Source: Actinomycetota bacterium
GTDB taxonomy: Bacteria; Actinomycetota; UBA4738; CALAEC01
Assembly (NCBI GenBank): GCA_036396815.1
Contig: DASWKD010000232.1
Location: forward strand, 1-30,227
Reading direction: 5' to 3'
Length of the DNA: 30,227 bases
The notes below the pieces were generated by a model. That model made no database searches. It was given only the letters and a program-made list of their open reading frames with translations, and had not been told where the DNA came from. The position numbers and the translations under genes were made by a program. This document shows positions 16,732 through 25,127 of this stretch, in pieces. How positions within the stretch are numbered: position 1 is the stretch's first letter; each line of letters begins with the position of its first letter.

Positions 16732-19575
16732 CTACTCCAGGCGCAGGTTCCCGGACGAGAGGGTCACGTCGCCGGAGCCGTAGAGCATCGTCCCCATCGG
16801 GTCCCGGAGGGTGGCGGTGAAGGCATCGGCTCCGACGCCCGGCGCTCCCCCGTCGGCCACCGTGTACCGGAGCGTGCCGGGGAAGGCCCCGTTGACCATC
16901 CCCCGGACCTGGACCAGTGCCCGGTCCCCAGCCACGACCACCCAGTCGTACGCGTCGCCCTCGAACCGTCCGAAGGAGCCGTCCAGGCGGGTCGGGTTCT
17001 TCCACGCCGTGCCGTCGTGCTGGACGCCACCCAGGGTCAGTCGGGTCCGCATCGAGGCTGTGTCCGGTCCCATCCCGGCCCCGGCCAGGCTGCGCTCTCC
17101 GTCCATGACGGCCAGCTCGATGGTTCCGACGGCCCCGCCGGTCCAGTACAGGTTCGTCCCGGGGACCGTGACCTCCACACCCCACAGGTCGATGGGCAAG
17201 CCGGGCGCCACGGTGATGGCATCTCCCGAGGCGTCGACACCGGCCGTGAACGAGAGGGGCATCGAGGTCAGGGTGGGCGTCAGGTCGAAGCGGGCCTCGG
17301 CCAGCGACAGGTCCCCCGGCGAGCCGTCGGCGTCCTGGGTGGCGTGCGCCGCCAGCACGGGAGCGGCCGGGGCGACCACCGCGCCATCGCCCGTGTACGC
17401 GAAGGACAGCGTCTCCTTCCGGACCTGGTAGGCCACGGTGACCTCGGTGGGCAGGTACGTGGGGTCTCCATCGAACGAAGCCGTGGCCGGCACCAGGTCG
17501 GCGGGCTGGTCCAGGACGATCTGAGCGCTCCCCTGGCCGTCCGGCCCGGTCGTGGCCGAGGCTCCCTGCGGGCCCATCGCCAGGCCGATGGTCCGGCCGG
17601 GCAGCGGTGCGCCGTTGATGGCGTCGGTCAGGATGGCCGAGGCAGTCGTCGGATCGGAGTACTGGCCAACCGTGTCGCCGGCCCAGGCCAGAGCGGAGGG
17701 CCGCCGCTCCACCATGTAGGGGACGGTCACGGAGGCGGGAGCGTGCTTGCCGAACCGATCCATGGACACCGTGAGCTCATACGCGCCGGGGGGAACCGAC
17801 AGCGATGGGTCCGCCGAGGCCACGCCGTCCGCACCCGACACCCCCGATGCGGAGAGCGAGCCGCCCGGTCCGTCGAGCTCGAACATCACGGTGGCCCCCT
17901 CGACCGGTGGCGTGCCCGCGTCGTCAGGGTTCGTGACCTGCGCGGTGAACCCCGCTCCCTCTCCGGTCGGCGCGGAGGGCTGGCCCGTGTACGTCAGGTC
18001 GGTCTCGTCCAGGACCACGTTGACCTCGAACGGGCCGTTGGAGGCGATCGTCGGGTCCGAGAAGTCCCGCCCGACCACCCCGATGGTCTGGACGCCCGTG
18101 GGAGCATCGGCCGCGGGACGAAGAGGGATGAACGCCGTGGCCGGCTCGTGCTCTTCCAGCGTCTTGTGGTCGAACCCCGGGGTCCATCCGGCCGGCAGGT
18201 CGAAGAGCTCGAACCGGAACGTGTCGGTCTCCTCGCCGGTGTTCATCACCGGGATGCGCAGGATGTTGGTCTCCTCGGGCGTCACGTCGATCCGCATGGG
18301 ATGTCCGGTCTCGTCCATGGGATCGACCAGGATGCCCGGCCCCCGGACGTCGAAGAACACCCGCATCGAGCCGGAGGCCGCAGGGATGGCCCGCACGGCC
18401 ACCCGGGGGCCGGTGGTGGGGGCGAAGGCCCGCTGGGGCGTGTCGTCGTCGGACGGGTCCCAGGCGTCGATCCCGCTCCCTCCGTAGCAGCCGCCGTTGC
18501 ACCCGCCGGGGATGGTGCCGTCGGGCCGCTTGATCTCGATCGGTCGCACGGCGTTGGTGTCGCTGGTGTACAGGTCGTCATTGATCTCCCAGATCACCAG
18601 CCCGGAGTCGCTGGCGCTGTCGTCGTACGTCCCGTCCTCGCGGATACGGTTCTCCACGATGTAGTACCGATCGGTGCCCTCATCGGGGTCGTACAGGATG
18701 AAGTGCTCGCCGGCCAGGTTCAGGCCGTTGACGTCCCCGTAGGCATCCCGGGTGGGGATGTAGGGGTTCGCCCAGCCGAGGTGCAGGAGGTGCCAAGCCG
18801 TGGTGCGCCGGAGGCTGAGGGGGGCGTTGTTGCAGGTCGGCCCCATGATGTCGAATCGTCCGACCCCCGCCCGGTACCGGTCGATGGTGTCCAGAGCCAC
18901 GTGGGTGGTCTCGTGGATGATCGTGGCCAGGTTGGTGTCCGTGCCGTCGTTCGTGGTCTCGATCTCCATGTCCACGCCGTCGAGGGTCACCGGGTCCACA
19001 CCGCGCGTCGTCCCGCATCCCCCGACCAGGTCGGGATCGGCGTCGAAACGATGGACCACCAGCTCCAGGTTCGTGATCCGGCCGTCGCCGTTCCTGTCGA
19101 AGTCCGAGAAGTCGACGAAGGGATCGGCCTCTTCGAGCAGGAACTTCGCTTCGGCGGAACGCCCCATCTGGAGGAAGTCACCCTTGTCTTGGTCCACGGA
19201 TATCGAGACGATCCCGTCGTTCACCGCACCCCCGTTCGAGGCGTCGGTCTCCAAGGCCCGGGAGAACACCAGGTCCCCGTGGGAGTTCTCGATGAAGTAG
19301 TCGCGGACGCTGGGGAACGGCCCGAAGAACCGCTCCTCCCAGAACGCGGCGTCCTGCCCCGCCGGGTACGGGACGTCGTTGAACTCCGCGTACAGGACGA
19401 GCATCGGCCGGTCGGTGCTGCCACCCGTGAACGAGTACCGCTCGCTGTGCGGATCGTCGCGGTGCGCGAAGTCCGGAAGGTCGTCCGGATAGGGCGGAGC
19501 GGCCGCGGCGGACCCTCCGGAGATAAGGACGGACACGATCACGGCGGTCGTGAGGGCCTTGGGCGTGGACAGCAT
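16732..19575 (-). CDS. Secreted M6-like (immune inhibitor A-type) zinc metallopeptidase with C-terminal Ig-like domains
   Basis: Signal peptide. MLVLYAEFND and SVRDYFIENSHG (M6 N-terminus). Zinc motif IIHETTHVALDTIDRY, Met-turn FDIMG, HLGW, YYIVENR. Followed by several Thr/Pro/Gly-rich beta-sandwich repeats. SD GGAGGGAG. Confidence 0.8.
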   Translation of the reverse strand: MLSTPKALTTAVIVSVLISGGSAAAAPPYPDDLPDFAHRDDPHSERYSFTGGSTDRPMLVLYAEFNDVPYPAGQDAAFWEERFFGPFPSVRDYFIENSHGDLVFSRALETDASNGGAVNDGIVSISVDQDKGDFLQMGRSAEAKFLLEEADPFVDFSDFDRNGDGRITNLELVVHRFDADPDLVGGCGTTRGVDPVTLDGVDMEIETTNDGTDTNLATIIHETTHVALDTIDRYRAGVGRFDIMGPTCNNAPLSLRRTTAWHLLHLGWANPYIPTRDAYGDVNGLNLAGEHFILYDPDEGTDRYYIVENRIREDGTYDDSASDSGLVIWEINDDLYTSDTNAVRPIEIKRPDGTIPGGCNGGCYGGSGIDAWDPSDDDTPQRAFAPTTGPRVAVRAIPAASGSMRVFFDVRGPGILVDPMDETGHPMRIDVTPEETNILRIPVMNTGEETDTFRFELFDLPAGWTPGFDHKTLEEHEPATAFIPLRPAADAPTGVQTIGVVGRDFSDPTIASNGPFEVNVVLDETDLTYTGQPSAPTGEGAGFTAQVTNPDDAGTPPVEGATVMFELDGPGGSLSASGVSGADGVASADPSLSVPPGAYELTVSMDRFGKHAPASVTVPYMVERRPSALAWAGDTVGQYSDPTTASAILTDAINGAPLPGRTIGLAMGPQGASATTGPDGQGSAQIVLDQPADLVPATASFDGDPTYLPTEVTVAYQVRKETLSFAYTGDGAVVAPAAPVLAAHATQDADGSPGDLSLAEARFDLTPTLTSMPLSFTAGVDASGDAITVAPGLPIDLWGVEVTVPGTNLYWTGGAVGTIELAVMDGERSLAGAGMGPDTASMRTRLTLGGVQHDGTAWKNPTRLDGSFGRFEGDAYDWVVVAGDRALVQVRGMVNGAFPGTLRYTVADGGAPGVGADAFTATLRDPMGTMLYGSGDVTLSSGNLRLE

Positions 19576-19639
19576 CTCGGGCTCCCTCCCCCAGGGGATC
19601 CGAACGGGCGGATCCCCCTCAGATGTGGCGAACCCCTCG

Positions 19640-19668
19640 ATTCAATCCCCGGACCATGAGCCTGTCAA
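19640..19668 (-). promoter_or_regulatory. Sigma70-type promoter TTGACA-N17-TTGAAT for the M6-like gene
   Basis: Minus strand: TTGACA (19668-19663), 17 nt, TTGAAT (19645-19640), about 65 nt upstream of ATG 19575. Confidence 0.65.
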
Positions 19669-19680
19669 GACCGCCACATG

Positions 19681-19712
19681 GGAGGGAGCCCCCGTGACCG
19701 GGGGCTCCCTCC
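19681..19712 (-). terminator. 14-bp perfect hairpin, probable terminator of the M28 gene
   Basis: GGAGGGAGCCCCCG-TGAC-CGGGGGCTCCCTCC, 22 nt after the stop at 19735 and just upstream of the next promoter. Confidence 0.75.
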
Positions 19713-19734
19713 TCCGTTCGGGCGCTCGGACGTG

Positions 19735-21453
19735 CTAGACGGCCGCGGTTCCGATCTTGAGCTGCATGGTGTCCGACTGCTCGGTGTCCGGGTCGGTCAC
19801 CGTCAGGGTCACGATGTGGCCCTTGGCCGCGCCGAACATGTGAGTGACCACCTTGCCTGTCGCCGTGACCCCGTCGCCGAAGTCCCATGCGTACTCGAGC
19901 GAGTCATCCATCTCCAGGGTCCCGGCGTCCTCGTACCGGTAGGAGCCCGAGGCGTCGAAGGTGTGGGTCCCGCCGTTCATGTTGGGGCTGGGGGTCTCGA
20001 AGAAGGCCACCGGCTCCTCGTTCACGGTCTGCGAACCGCCCTGGGTGGGCTGGAGCATGGTCGCCGCAGACAGGATCGAGCACAGCTCGAACGACATGGA
20101 CAGGCCCTTCGAGAAGGTCGTCCCCGTCTGGTCGGCGTGGGTCTGGGCCACCAGCTGCTCCCAGTTGTCGTGCGGCGAGTGGTACACCCACAGCCCGTCG
20201 GGGCCGTAGCCCAGGTCGTTCGGGTTGGTCGAGACCGCGTGCGGGCCCACCAGGTCCGGGTACGGGTTCAGGGTGGGGACCCAGTTGTGGAAGTCCTCGG
20301 CATCGGTGGTGAATAGGAGGAGGCCCTTCTCGGTGACCTTGAGCACACTCTCCTGCTCCAGGGCCGCCGCCCCAAGCTCCGTGGCCTCCTCGTTGGACAG
20401 GAACACCGGGACCACGCCGGGCTCCTGGCTCTGGCCCGTGTACGACAGGGTGTCGTCGATGTTGTTGAAGATGGCGTTGATGAGCGGCCGCATGCTGGCG
20501 TTGAAGGCCGTCATCCGGGCCCGCTCCTCGGTGGTGCCGGCCGGGGCGTGCAGGGCGATGTTCATGGGGATGAACGGGCTCTTCTCCACGGCCGGGTTCC
20601 GCGACACGGGAGACCCGCGGTAGAAGGCGGGGTAGTGGCCGCCGCACGGGTCGTGGTTGATGTACGAGGTCAGGGTGACGTTGGGATCCTTGGGCAGGCT
20701 CCCGTTCTGGGAGGTCCGGCTGTTCTCGGTTCCGACGTACAGCTTGGAGCCCTGCCCGCCGGCCTCCTCCGCGTCCCACGCGGCGAAGATCACGGTCTTC
20801 GACGGGCGCGTCCCGGTGGCCTTCCAGTAGTCGGCGAGGAGCTTCGCGGTGCGCAGCATGGTGCCTGAGCCGGCCGTCGAGTCCCACGCGGCGTACGGAG
20901 AGCCGTCCACACCGTCGTAGTGGCTGCCGATCAGCACGAAGTCCTCGGGGTTGTCGGCGCCGGGCACGATGGCGAACTTGTTGAAGGCCCGTCCGGCGTT
21001 GGTATCGAAGTTGTCGCCCAGCCCGGTAAGGCCCCCTCCCCCACCGGTGGAGGTGAACTCCTGGGTCCGGAAGCTCACCCCGACGTCCTTGAGGACGTCG
21101 GTGTAGGCGGTCTCGAACCAGGCCAGGTACTCCAGCTGGTGGTTGTACGTGCACCCGATGTCCCGGACGTCACCGATGACCTTGCACTGGGGCTGGTCAC
21201 CGGAGGGGTCGTTCGTGGTGGTATCGCCCGGCTGGCGGTTGGTCAGGTTGTTCGCCACGAAGTTCACCACGTTGTACGAGTTATACGTCCGCCAGTTGTC
21301 CAGGTCCGCCAGGTCGGGGATGGGCTGGTACAGGTCGGTCAGCTTCTTCAGGTCCAAGGGCAGGGAGCTTTCCTCGGCCTGGCTCTGGGGCATCCCGGTG
21401 AGGAGCATGGCCAGCGAGGCCACCAGAGCAACCGCAAGGCGCAGCTTGGTCAT
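19735..21453 (-). CDS. Secreted M28-family metallopeptidase with C-terminal PKD domain
   Basis: Start ATG 21453 (SD AGAAAGGA), signal peptide. Metal-ligand motifs IGSHYDG, AWDSTAGSG, AWDAEEAG, INHD, YHSPHDNW. PKD: FDASGS...YAWDFGDG...HMF...VTLTVTD. Confidence 0.88.
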   Translation of the reverse strand: MTKLRLAVALVASLAMLLTGMPQSQAEESSLPLDLKKLTDLYQPIPDLADLDNWRTYNSYNVVNFVANNLTNRQPGDTTTNDPSGDQPQCKVIGDVRDIGCTYNHQLEYLAWFETAYTDVLKDVGVSFRTQEFTSTGGGGGLTGLGDNFDTNAGRAFNKFAIVPGADNPEDFVLIGSHYDGVDGSPYAAWDSTAGSGTMLRTAKLLADYWKATGTRPSKTVIFAAWDAEEAGGQGSKLYVGTENSRTSQNGSLPKDPNVTLTSYINHDPCGGHYPAFYRGSPVSRNPAVEKSPFIPMNIALHAPAGTTEERARMTAFNASMRPLINAIFNNIDDTLSYTGQSQEPGVVPVFLSNEEATELGAAALEQESVLKVTEKGLLLFTTDAEDFHNWVPTLNPYPDLVGPHAVSTNPNDLGYGPDGLWVYHSPHDNWEQLVAQTHADQTGTTFSKGLSMSFELCSILSAATMLQPTQGGSQTVNEEPVAFFETPSPNMNGGTHTFDASGSYRYEDAGTLEMDDSLEYAWDFGDGVTATGKVVTHMFGAAKGHIVTLTVTDPDTEQSDTMQLKIGTAAV

Positions 21454-21511
21454 GTCCGTGATCCTTTCTCGAAGGTCCTGCCCCGGTTGTTCACCGGACC
21501 CCCTCGGAAAC

Positions 21512-21533
21512 CCTTTGTGCACATGCACAAAGG
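21512..21533. promoter_or_regulatory. Palindromic operator-like site, copy 2 (CCTTTGTGCA-CA-TGCACAAAGG)
   Basis: Perfect 10-bp arms. Intergenic, 58 nt upstream of the M28 start. Confidence 0.8.
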
Positions 21534-21574
21534 CCAGAGGGGGATCCCTCCCCCGGTGTCCGTTCCGTCCCGGT

Positions 21575-23614
21575 TCAGCCGACCGTGACCGCCTCCGACC
21601 GCTCGTGGCAGGCGTCCGCGAAGCAGGCCCGGACCACCGCGGTGTAGTCGCCGGGGGCCAGCCCCTCCACCGCCGCCTGGAACGAGGACAGGTCACCCGA
21701 CAGGCCGGCCGGGGTCGAGGCCACCTCGGTCCCGGAGCCATCGAGGACCGAGATCTGGACCGTGGCCTCGGGCACGGTGAACGTCCCCGAGCCCGTCCCG
21801 GTGTCGGGGCCCACGAACACGGTCCCGGCGGCCGTTCCCGTTTCCACCGCCACCCGCACGTCGACGGCGGTGGGCCGGACGGTACCTCCCGGGGCCAGGC
21901 CCAGCGCGGCCAGGGGCACCCGGGCCACCGCCCGATCCCCTCCCAGGTCGAAGTCCCCGCGGACCCGCTGGCAGGGGGCCCCGGTCCGGCACACCTCGAA
22001 GCGCCTGGGCGTGCCTCGCATGCGCAGGGAGTAGGTGGCCCCTCCCACGTCCAGGGTCCACTCGGCCTCGGCGGGGGACTGCACGGCCTCGAGCATGCCC
22101 TCGATCCCGAGGACGAACACCAGGTCGTCGGAGCGGGCCGTGGTCCGGGCGATGGTGCCCGCACGGATGTCGTAGGACGACGTCCCGTCCTCGTCGTTCA
22201 CCACGGTGACGGGGGCAGCCCGGCCGAAGGTGGCCGCGCCCGACACGTCCACCGAACCGATGCCTCCGGCGACCGTCAGATCGTCGATCGAGGTCTGGTC
22301 CGTGGCGTGGGTGATGATCCGAGGCCCGCCCGCCTGGACCACCCAGTCGGTGCACATGTTCTTGTACGCTGCGGCCCCTCCGTGCGCGCTCAGGTTGCCA
22401 TTGCACCCGGGCAGATGGTCCTCCACGAACGAGATGTGGAACCGGCCATCCGGGCCCACCGCGATCTGCTGGTAGTCCCACAGCGTCCGGCCCAAGGATC
22501 CACGGTGGATCACCCGGTCCAGCGTCCCGTGGGTGATCACCGGCGCGTCCGAAGCCGCCCCGGTGATGACCGCGGCCTTGACCCTCCACTCGGACGTGGC
22601 AGGCACCGAGTTCTGATGGGCCTTCGAGGGGTTGTGGTACCAGGTCAGAGCCACCCGCCCGTCGTCTCCGGCGGCCACCCAGGGGAACGTGGAGCACCCC
22701 TCGTCCTGATTCACCCGGTACTGCTGCCATGTGGCGCCCTTGTCGGAGGAGACCGTCAGGTACACGTCGCACCCGCTGCCGTTGATGTCGGCCCACGTGC
22801 CGTACACGTTCCCGGCCCGGTCCACGTCCACGCTGACCATGAACGGGGCGATCCCGTTGCGAGGGGACGTCGCCGCGGGGGCCTCGGACCACGTCTCCCC
22901 CGCGTCGTGCGAGGACACCGTGCACAGCGAGCTGGACCCGGGGGCGCACCGGCCGAAGAAGTACACGTCGTCGGTCCGGCGGTCGGCGGCCACGTTGCCC
23001 GGGAAGAACCGCTGGCCGGCGCCGATCGTGTTGTAGGCGTCCATCCAGGTGTGGCCGCCGTCGGTGGACTTCCAGATCTGGGTGTGGGTCACGTGGTTGA
23101 CGTACAGGTAGATGGCCCCGTTCGAGTACGAGAGCCAGGGCCGGTCGTCGACACCCGGGAGCACCGTCACCGTCTCATCGGTGTACTCCCACACGTCGCC
23201 GCGTCCGCTCCACTTGGTCAGGAAGATGCTGGGCACCCAGGTGTCGGAGAAGTACACGGAGCCGGCGTCGTCGATCACGAAGTCGCCCTCGGCCCCGAAG
23301 CCCCACTCGCGGGCCTTGCCCGGCGAGGGGAGGTCGGTCCACGTGGCGCCATCGTCCTTGGAGTACCAGGCGGGGGCGGCCCGGGCCACGCAGCACACCC
23401 CGGCCACGTAGATCGTCCCGGCCTCGTCCACCTTGATGCTGGGCTCCCCCGGCCCGCCCACCTGGGCCGGGTCGGTGAACGGCATCCGGACCGGGGCCCC
23501 GAAGGAGATCCCCTCCTCGTGCACGGGCTCGGGGGCCCCAGCCCCCTGGGAGGGCCCGGGGACCACGATCCCCGCAGCCACGACCGCCGTCACCAGCACC
23601 AGCTTCGCTCTCAT
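21575..23614 (-). CDS. Secreted Asp-box (BNR)/sialidase-like beta-propeller protein with unnamed C-terminal module
   Basis: Start ATG 23614 (SD AAGGAG), signal peptide. Four Asp-boxes: YSKDDGATW, KSTDGGHTW, SSHDAGETW, SSDKGATW. GEPSIKVD and DRPWL are typical of this propeller family. Confidence 0.85.
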   Translation of the reverse strand: MRAKLVLVTAVVAAGIVVPGPSQGAGAPEPVHEEGISFGAPVRMPFTDPAQVGGPGEPSIKVDEAGTIYVAGVCCVARAAPAWYSKDDGATWTDLPSPGKAREWGFGAEGDFVIDDAGSVYFSDTWVPSIFLTKWSGRGDVWEYTDETVTVLPGVDDRPWLSYSNGAIYLYVNHVTHTQIWKSTDGGHTWMDAYNTIGAGQRFFPGNVAADRRTDDVYFFGRCAPGSSSLCTVSSHDAGETWSEAPAATSPRNGIAPFMVSVDVDRAGNVYGTWADINGSGCDVYLTVSSDKGATWQQYRVNQDEGCSTFPWVAAGDDGRVALTWYHNPSKAHQNSVPATSEWRVKAAVITGAASDAPVITHGTLDRVIHRGSLGRTLWDYQQIAVGPDGRFHISFVEDHLPGCNGNLSAHGGAAAYKNMCTDWVVQAGGPRIITHATDQTSIDDLTVAGGIGSVDVSGAATFGRAAPVTVVNDEDGTSSYDIRAGTIARTTARSDDLVFVLGIEGMLEAVQSPAEAEWTLDVGGATYSLRMRGTPRRFEVCRTGAPCQRVRGDFDLGGDRAVARVPLAALGLAPGGTVRPTAVDVRVAVETGTAAGTVFVGPDTGTGSGTFTVPEATVQISVLDGSGTEVASTPAGLSGDLSSFQAAVEGLAPGDYTAVVRACFADACHERSEAVTVG

Positions 23615-23669
23615 CGCTTGGGCTCCTTCCCTTCGCTGGGTGAAGTGTTCGCCCCAGGGGGCCCCGGTC

Positions 23670-23691
23670 CCTTTGGGCATCTGCACAAAGG
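23670..23691. promoter_or_regulatory. Palindromic operator-like site, copy 3 (CCTTTGGGCA-TC-TGCACAAAGG)
   Basis: One mismatch from perfect. Sits between the divergent Asp-box (55 nt away) and LVIVD (74 nt away) genes. Confidence 0.78.
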
Positions 23692-23765
23692 GTTCCGGAG
23701 CCCTCACGGTGAAGAAACCGTGAAGGGGCGGGCCCGCACGCCCGGACCCCGATCGAGGAGGAACG

Positions 23766-25073
23766 ATGAAGCTGAGGATGCGTCTCGTGGCCCTGGCGGC
23801 CCTGCTCACCACCGTGCTGGCCACCGGAGGGTTCAGCCCCGCCCGGAACCTGGCCCCGGGCGACCCGTCCATGCTGAACCTGGCCCACGTCTACACCTTC
23901 GACACGGGAGGCGGGCCGACGGATCCCACGGGCAAGGGGACCGACGTCGAGTTCTACACGTCGACGGTGCCCCTGCGCGACTACACGACCGGCGAGCTGA
24001 TCCTCGACGAGGAGGGCAACCAGATCCTGGTCGACAAGGACTTCGCCATCATGGGCTCCTACGGCGGCGGCGGCTGGGTGTTCGACATCACCGACCCGGA
24101 GAACGTGCAGTTCGTGCGGAACATCCCCTGCAACCAGACCCAGAACGACGTCCAGCTCAAGAAGTTCGAGGAGCGGTGGATCCTGGCCCTTGCCCGTGAC
24201 GGAGGCAGCAACCCGTGCAACACCGGGGTGCCCAACAAGGGGAGCGGCGGAGCGGGCATCGCCGTGTTCGACGTAACGGACCCCTACGCGTTCACGCGGA
24301 TATACAACTTCCGGAACACGGGGGGCGCTCACAACTTCACGTTCCACCCGACCAAGCCGTACGGCTGGGTGTCCACCGGGGACCTTCCGGGAGCGCTGAA
24401 CCACATCCCGATCATCAACTTCACGGACGTGGACAACCCCACCCTGGCCGCGGACATCCAGGTCGAGGGGGGTCCTCACGACATCTCGTTCAGCGCAGAC
24501 GGGCTCCGGGCCTACGTGGCCTCGGAGAACAACGCGAGGATCTACGACGTGTCGAACCCGGCTGCTCCCGTCCTGATCTCGCGGACCCCCAACGCGGGCA
24601 CGTACTCGCACGGGTTCGATCCCACGCCCGACCGGTCCATGGCCGTGGTGACCAACGAGAGCCTGGCCCTGGGCGGGTTCTTCGCCGGCGGATCAACCGT
24701 CTGTCCGGGCGAGGGCCTGACCTTCTTCGACATCGAGGGCTCGAACGAGGCCACACCCATCCCCGTGGGCGAGTACCTGCCCACCGGCTTCGCCGGGCGG
24801 GCACCCGACAACAGGGCCTGCACGGGGCACGTGGGGCGCATCGCGCCCAACAGCCACGTGCTCTCCACGGGCTGGTACATCGGCGGCGTGCGGGTCGTGG
24901 ACTTCGCCAACCCGAGTCTCCCCACGGAGGTCGCGCACGCTGTCATGCCCGGGACCGAGGTGTGGGCGGCCAAGATGTACAAGGGCCCCTACATCTACTC
25001 GGCCGACATGCGGCGTGGATTCGACGTCTACAAGTGGAGCGGGACCGGCACCGCCCCCTGGGTGGCGCCGTAA
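23766..25073 (+). CDS. Secreted LVIVD-repeat beta-propeller protein
   Basis: SD GAGGAGG, signal peptide. Repeated blades GWVFDITDPEN, IAVFDVTDP, IINFTDVDNP, RIYDVSNPAAP, FFDIEG, VRVVDFANPSLP. Recurring His (HNFT, HDIS, YSHG, TGHV). Confidence 0.87.
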   Translation: MKLRMRLVALAALLTTVLATGGFSPARNLAPGDPSMLNLAHVYTFDTGGGPTDPTGKGTDVEFYTSTVPLRDYTTGELILDEEGNQILVDKDFAIMGSYGGGGWVFDITDPENVQFVRNIPCNQTQNDVQLKKFEERWILALARDGGSNPCNTGVPNKGSGGAGIAVFDVTDPYAFTRIYNFRNTGGAHNFTFHPTKPYGWVSTGDLPGALNHIPIINFTDVDNPTLAADIQVEGGPHDISFSADGLRAYVASENNARIYDVSNPAAPVLISRTPNAGTYSHGFDPTPDRSMAVVTNESLALGGFFAGGSTVCPGEGLTFFDIEGSNEATPIPVGEYLPTGFAGRAPDNRACTGHVGRIAPNSHVLSTGWYIGGVRVVDFANPSLPTEVAHAVMPGTEVWAAKMYKGPYIYSADMRRGFDVYKWSGTGTAPWVAP

Positions 25074-25093
25074 CGCCCGATCACCACGGGCAG

Positions 25094-25121
25094 CGAGGGC
25101 CGGCCTCCGGGCCGGCCCTCG
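25094..25121. terminator. GC-rich hairpin between convergent genes
   Basis: CGAGGGCCGGCC-TCCG-GGCCGGCCCTCG. The central 24 nt are identical to positions 5-28. Confidence 0.72.
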
Positions 25122-25127
25122 TTCCGT

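Noticed and set aside
16708-19659. 983-aa plus-strand ORF
   Set aside because: Mirror of the M6-like gene, which has the signal peptide, HExxH motif, SD and promoter.
21534-21556. GAGGGGGATCC shared with the M6 leader (19610-19620, opposite strand) and a weak stem
   Set aside because: Short, low-complexity and only a 5-bp stem; not distinguishable from chance in GC-rich DNA.
7007-23691. Repeated palindromes or hairpins as a CRISPR array or IS ends
   Set aside because: Copies are single and kilobases apart, with no regular spacers, cas genes, transposase or target-site duplications.
21143-24199. 1018-aa plus-strand ORF
   Set aside because: Antisense or off-frame to the M28, Asp-box and LVIVD genes and runs through two intergenic regulatory regions.
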